This document shows positions 59,333 to 64,000 of a stretch of 64,000 nucleotides of DNA, in pieces. The translations under genes and the position numbers were made by a program. The DNA comes from Schizosaccharomyces osmophilus (taxonomy: Eukaryota), in the NCBI RefSeq assembly GCF_027921745.1, contig NC_079239.1, positions 806,001-870,000 of the forward strand, in the 5' to 3' direction. Within the stretch, counting starts at the first letter, position 1. The number at the start of each line of letters is the position of its first letter. Below the pieces are notes generated by a model that saw nothing but the letters and a program-made list of their open reading frames with translations, was not told the origin of the DNA and did no database searches.

Positions 59333-60403
59333 CTATTTTTTTGTTTGAGATTCCAAAAGGGCATAAATTGTCATAAGAGCAGTTTGGTTCGACTCGGAAG
59401 TTCCTGTAACATTCAGTAAAGTCACATTGGATTGAGGATCACCATGCTCAATGCCAACATGGACGTTAGCTGACTGAGATATTTCTTGGAGTTTTGTTGG
59501 CTAATAAAAGTTAGTATTATTATTTTAGTTAATAAAATTGAAATGGGTACATACGATTTGAGAAAGCACAGCTTCAAGGACGTCTGATGGTACAGACAAC
59601 TTCTGTGTGATGATTTGAGTCGAGGCCGCATTTAATGGAATAGACGGCCCTGAATATGGAAAGTATTGAGATGCTCGCAAAGGATCAGAGTTACCTCCTG
59701 CTGTAGTGAGAGCTAAAGGGGTTACACCGTACGGATTCTCAGGTGTGACCATAGTGCTGTTGGGATGCAAAACACCAAATAAAGAAGGTGATCCATAAAC
59801 ACCATAAGCAGCATCTGGAATATAAGGGACAACGTTGATACCTGAAATGATACGGCTTCTTGACAAGAGCTCATTTAAGAAAGTTTCTAGGACAGTAGAC
59901 GATTCTTGCAAAGATGTCTCGAGAATAACAGAGCGTTCCATTGAACGAGGTAAAAGAGAGCTGCTTAATAACAGACGAGAGGAAGAAGATACGGAATGAA
60001 GGTGAGGTATTAAGTGCTGATTCATCCATGTTTTTGAGCCAAGTAAAACATTTGAAAAAGCAAAACTGAAAATCAGATTGCTATCGTTTTCATTGAAGGA
60101 TCTAATAGCTTGAGCAATAGCTGGTAATGCTTGCGAAAGATTATTTAGGCTTGAATGACAAAGTAGTACTTTTCTAGAGGTGTTCGAAGACACCAACGTT
60201 TCAGCACGTATCTGACCATCTAGTAATATATTCTTTTGTTCCTCTTCTCCTACACTCATCCATGCTTCATATTGCTGAGCACTTAAAAGCAATTTCACTG
60301 TTATTGAGTTCCCGTCCGTCCCAAATGCTTGCTGTATATTCAGTACAGGGGGATGTAAAAGGTCTACAGATGCTGTAGAAACATATTTTGACCCAGATTC
60401 CAT
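59333..60403 (-). CDS. usp108: U1 snRNP-associated protein Usp108 orthologue, 2 exons
   Basis: Long ORF spliced via GTATGT..CTAAC..TAG to PTKLQEISQSANVHVGIEH...LLESQTKK*. Name from synteny only. Confidence 0.7.
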
Positions 60404-61000
60404 TACAAATACACCAAAAGAATTTTACGTTTTCTTTGCCAAAAAGCAAATTGCTTTTCAAGTTCCTTATTGATCTCACAAGCAATAGCACAGCACGGCC
60501 CATCTCGGTATTTGGATTTTAGTATGCTCTCTTTCCGTGTGACAAAAAATCCATAAAAGCAATGGCTGCGCGTTTCAAACATATTATTTCCTTGTATGAA
60601 TGAAATTATTATAGTTTTTCTGCAATGGTTTTGGGAAACAGGGCATAGTGCGTAGGAAGCTCTTACGGTGAGATAGTCAATATATATGCATAAGATGTTC
60701 TATTAATCGTTAAAAATGAATATATTTCTATGGAAACTAGAGGGACATATGGGAATTGAAAGCTGGTGCTTCTTTATAGAGGACAGCAAAAAGGGCAGAA
60801 GTCATTCTCATAACATAGAAGAAAGGTAGCAAGCACGAATAATTTTCAAAAGAAAGTCGATTCTTTGCATCCTAGCGTAGCGTCATAAACTAAAAATAAG
60901 AAAATAGCACTGAATATAGATTCGGCGGAAGTATAAACAAACTGCAGATATTTTAGAAACTGCTATACTTCTTTTTTTTTTGCAAAGAAACCTCAACTTT

Positions 61001-62012
61001 TTAAACGTCGACTTCCATTTCGTCCAATGTTTCGACTGTAACAAACTTATGGATGTCTTCTCGTAAAACAGCTGTGGTACCGCGCTCGTACTTGTAGTTC
61101 TGCTCCTTCTTAGCACGCTCGTTTGGCTTTGAATAGCCACGGTAAGGGGTAGCCTTTTCGTTATCAATAACAACTAAATCACAATTGGAACCAGAACCAA
61201 GATCATTAAAAATACCGGCTTCAATTGCTTCACGAACAAGCTCCATAGCTTCATGGCGTTCTAAATTGGATTTGTACTTGGTTTCAAGGACCGAAATAGC
61301 AGCAAGACTACCAGATCCAAGAGCAACGTAAGGTAGTTTGTCACTGGAACCGTGAGCAGCAATGGTAAACAAGTGTGGGCCCTTGCAATCATAACCGCCG
61401 AGGACGAGGTAAGCTCCGATATGACCTTGGTAACGGAATAGGTGCTGCTTCAACATTGTCAGGGCAGTCGCCACTCTTGGCTTCCGATTCACATACATAG
61501 AATGCAACTCTACGTTTGATGAAATCATCGAGGTTACGAATTCCGTATCAGCAGCGGTACCAGCACCAGCACACCAGATATTAGGAGAAACTAAATGTAA
61601 CTTTCTGCCTGTAATAGTTGTTAGCGTCTGTACATATTGTAAGATAGTGTTGTCCTTTTGCAATTTCCATCCAAAACCGTCCATAAGCAATGGAATAGGT
61701 ATTTGACTTCAATAAACATTGAGGATCACCTACTTAGTTGCTCTACAACGTACAGTTTTTATCAGCAATGATAGGTCCAGCAGTAGCTCTTGTATCGGCA
61801 CCCAAAACGATGCAATCTTTGGCAATCACACCAACAATGGTAGTACCAGTAGATGTCGCCTTCGGGGAAGGGAATCCGCGCTCTTGCAAAAGAGCATTTC
61901 TAGTCCTGTTAATCTTCTTAAAACTTCCTAAAACAGTCTGTTTACGTTCCCAAAGCACTTACCTTTGACAGTAATCAAAGTCAAATCCTTTTCTTTCATT
62001 CAATCCTTTCAT
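61001..62012 (-). CDS. pup1: 20S proteasome beta-2 subunit, 3 exons
   Basis: [12 protein letters not shown]..., STG/TTIVG propeptide junction, [28 protein letters not shown]. Confidence 0.96.
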
Positions 62013-62521
62013 ATTTGTAGGATTATTTATTATTCAATCTCCAAATTGTATTTGGCAAAGGGATTGTCCAGCGATGTGTGGTTTCCCTCATGAAGGCAGT
62101 ACTCGTTGCTACTCGCAAAAACCAAAATACGATGGACACTCCAGTACACTAAAATGAATTGAAACATCCGTAATCTCACATAAAGTATATGTGTGAGAGT
62201 GTACCCTGAATCACTAAACTTTTTAGTGTGGGTGATTGCATTGCAGGGCAGCAGATATTCAGGAATTGAGACACAAGTACGAACTTACTACTGGGAAAGT
62301 CATTCAGGTGAAGGCAAGAAACTTCATAATTTTGGTGAATCTTGTTGGTGTTAAAAGGGTTCAAGGTGCTCAATCCTCGTTGCTTGAATATAAATATATA
62401 TATATATATTTACATACTTTTGAAACTGAACAAGCGTTTATTTACAAGTCTTGCAGGTCCTAGTCTGCAACACTAAAGTACTGAAAATAAGGATCTTCTT
62501 GGACGCCTATTTGTATATGAA

Positions 62522-64000
62522 ATGAATACTGAAAATCCATTTGCGGCTCTTAGTCCAAGCCCAGCACCTTTTGCTGCTACTGCAGGTTATGAAGAAATTG
62601 AAGAAGTAGACACATCGGTATGTCATGTTTTCTCCAACTTTGAGTATACTCTAACTTGCTTTTCTTTTTAGAAATATTTGTTTTCTGCCCTAAAAATTGG
62701 CACTACCATTTCACTTGGTCAACCAATGTCCTCAGACCCTCCAGCTAAATCATATTTGTTTTCCATTCACAACTCGAGTGGACGGTTTGTCGCAGGTGTT
62801 CCCAATGGTCTTGTTCTAGGCTCTACTTCATTTTTACACAAGTTCCTCGATGAGGCCCCGATGAACGCAGGCCCTCAACAACTTCCACTATCGTCTGAAG
62901 TTGTCCACCTTACTATTCCAAATGCAAACTTCTCTTTTGTTGATTTTACTTCCAAAGGAACATGTGTTGTGGCATATAGCCTCTCTTCTCAAGAATTTAT
63001 TGTCTTTGATACGGCCTCCTGTTTACTGGGTAATGTCAATCCCCGCTGGAAAATTCAAGTGCCGAACTTGGACTTCATTCTTCCAAATCCAGAAGACGAT
63101 GATCTTATTGCTCTTCATTTAACTACGCTAGAGTTATGTATCTTTAGCATTTCTCAGTCGACCATACATTCTCCAATAGCCAGAGAAGCTACCACCATAG
63201 CTTGGTCAAGGCGCGGTAAGCAATGTGCTGTAGGATTTTTAAATGGTTCTATAGTTCAGTATACTCCCGATGGACAAGCTAAAAAGGAAATTGCTACTCC
63301 TTCTGGATTACAAGGTTTTTATGTCCAGGATATTGCATGGGTGCAAAATCGTGAGTTCATTGTCTATTATAGTCCTACATCAACATTGGCAAACAGTGAA
63401 CCTGAACACGAGTCGGTTTGCTATATTATTAGTTTGGGACTGGATCAATCAGTTAGTTATAAAACTGCGACAGATCCGACTCCTCCGTTTGGCGCTGACT
63501 ATCGTCATGATCACCATTATTTCTCCTTCCTTCAATCTTGGAGTCCAAATATAATATCTTTAGCAATCGTGTCAGCAAGTTCAAGCTCGGATATCGGTCT
63601 CTTTGCTCATCTGGTAGACTCAAACTCATGGAAGAGCTTGGTCATTTCCGAAGAAACAAAGAGAGCCTCTCTTCCATATTCTCAGGAAAAGGAGCAAGAT
63701 ACTTCTCCTTTGTCTCTCAGTTTAGACCTTACTTCTACAGAAAGAGTCCAGAAGCCATTGAGCCCAGCAGAATTTCCTGCGGACTGCCCTCCTCTCCCAA
63801 TTCTATGGATTTATGATACTGACTATCAGCTTTCGGGATTTCGATTCATTTATACCGATGCTATTACGGAAAATTCGATTTATCCTGAAATGGTCGTAGC
63901 CAAAAACATTTCGGGTTCTGAGACTGTTCGAACCTCTAACAATGAAAACGTTAATTCTTTTGCTTCTTTTTCAAACCCTCCTAAACCAGGCTCCCAAATG
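62522..64000 (+). CDS. nup146: Nucleoporin Nup159/Nup214-type N-terminal region, partial; intron 62618-62671
   Basis: Spliced ORF MNTENPFAAL...EEVDTS/KYLFSALK..., containing IAWSRRGKQCAVG and DPTPPFG, apparently open to the window end; synteny. Confidence 0.8.

Noticed and set aside
59386..59396. GGTTCGACTCG, resembling a tRNA T-loop or B-box
   Set aside because: No A-box or cloverleaf, and it lies antisense within the last usp108 exon.
62176..62463. Short ORFs and weak hairpins between pup1 and nup146
   Set aside because: No ATG-led coherent gene model and no convincing RNA motif.

Overview
Gene-dense, intron-containing fission-yeast DNA from a Schizosaccharomyces species other than S. pombe (probably the octosporus/cryophilus/osmophilus group; the species cannot be fixed from this window). 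From memory of the S. pombe annotation, it is colinear with the chromosome I block SPAC29E6-SPAC30-SPAC1527-SPAC23D3. Gene order: partial orphan ORF, tbp1, crs1, mxr1, nnf1, uso1, prp3, pof11, abc4, tsn1, kti12, sec72, slr1, sft2, mok11, aah2, mon2, I78-type protease inhibitor, lam4, ayr1, eng2, arp42, usp108, pup1, nup146 (partial). Two small three-exon genes (lam4-like and the I78 inhibitor) are not recovered by the ORF track and were rebuilt from splice signals. Main leads: an AUG-less mitochondrial-presequence-like extension and a leader intron upstream of crs1; a candidate H/ACA snoRNA in tbp1 intron 1; a perfect 19-bp inverted repeat upstream of abc4; Usp108 as an apparently degenerate three-KH protein; FLEX (Mei4/forkhead) sites in the mok11/aah2 and ayr1/eng2 divergent promoters; and possible micro-rearrangements relative to S. 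pombe. I saw no tRNA, rRNA, transposon or CRISPR. Gene names rest on motif recognition plus recalled synteny, not on database searches.
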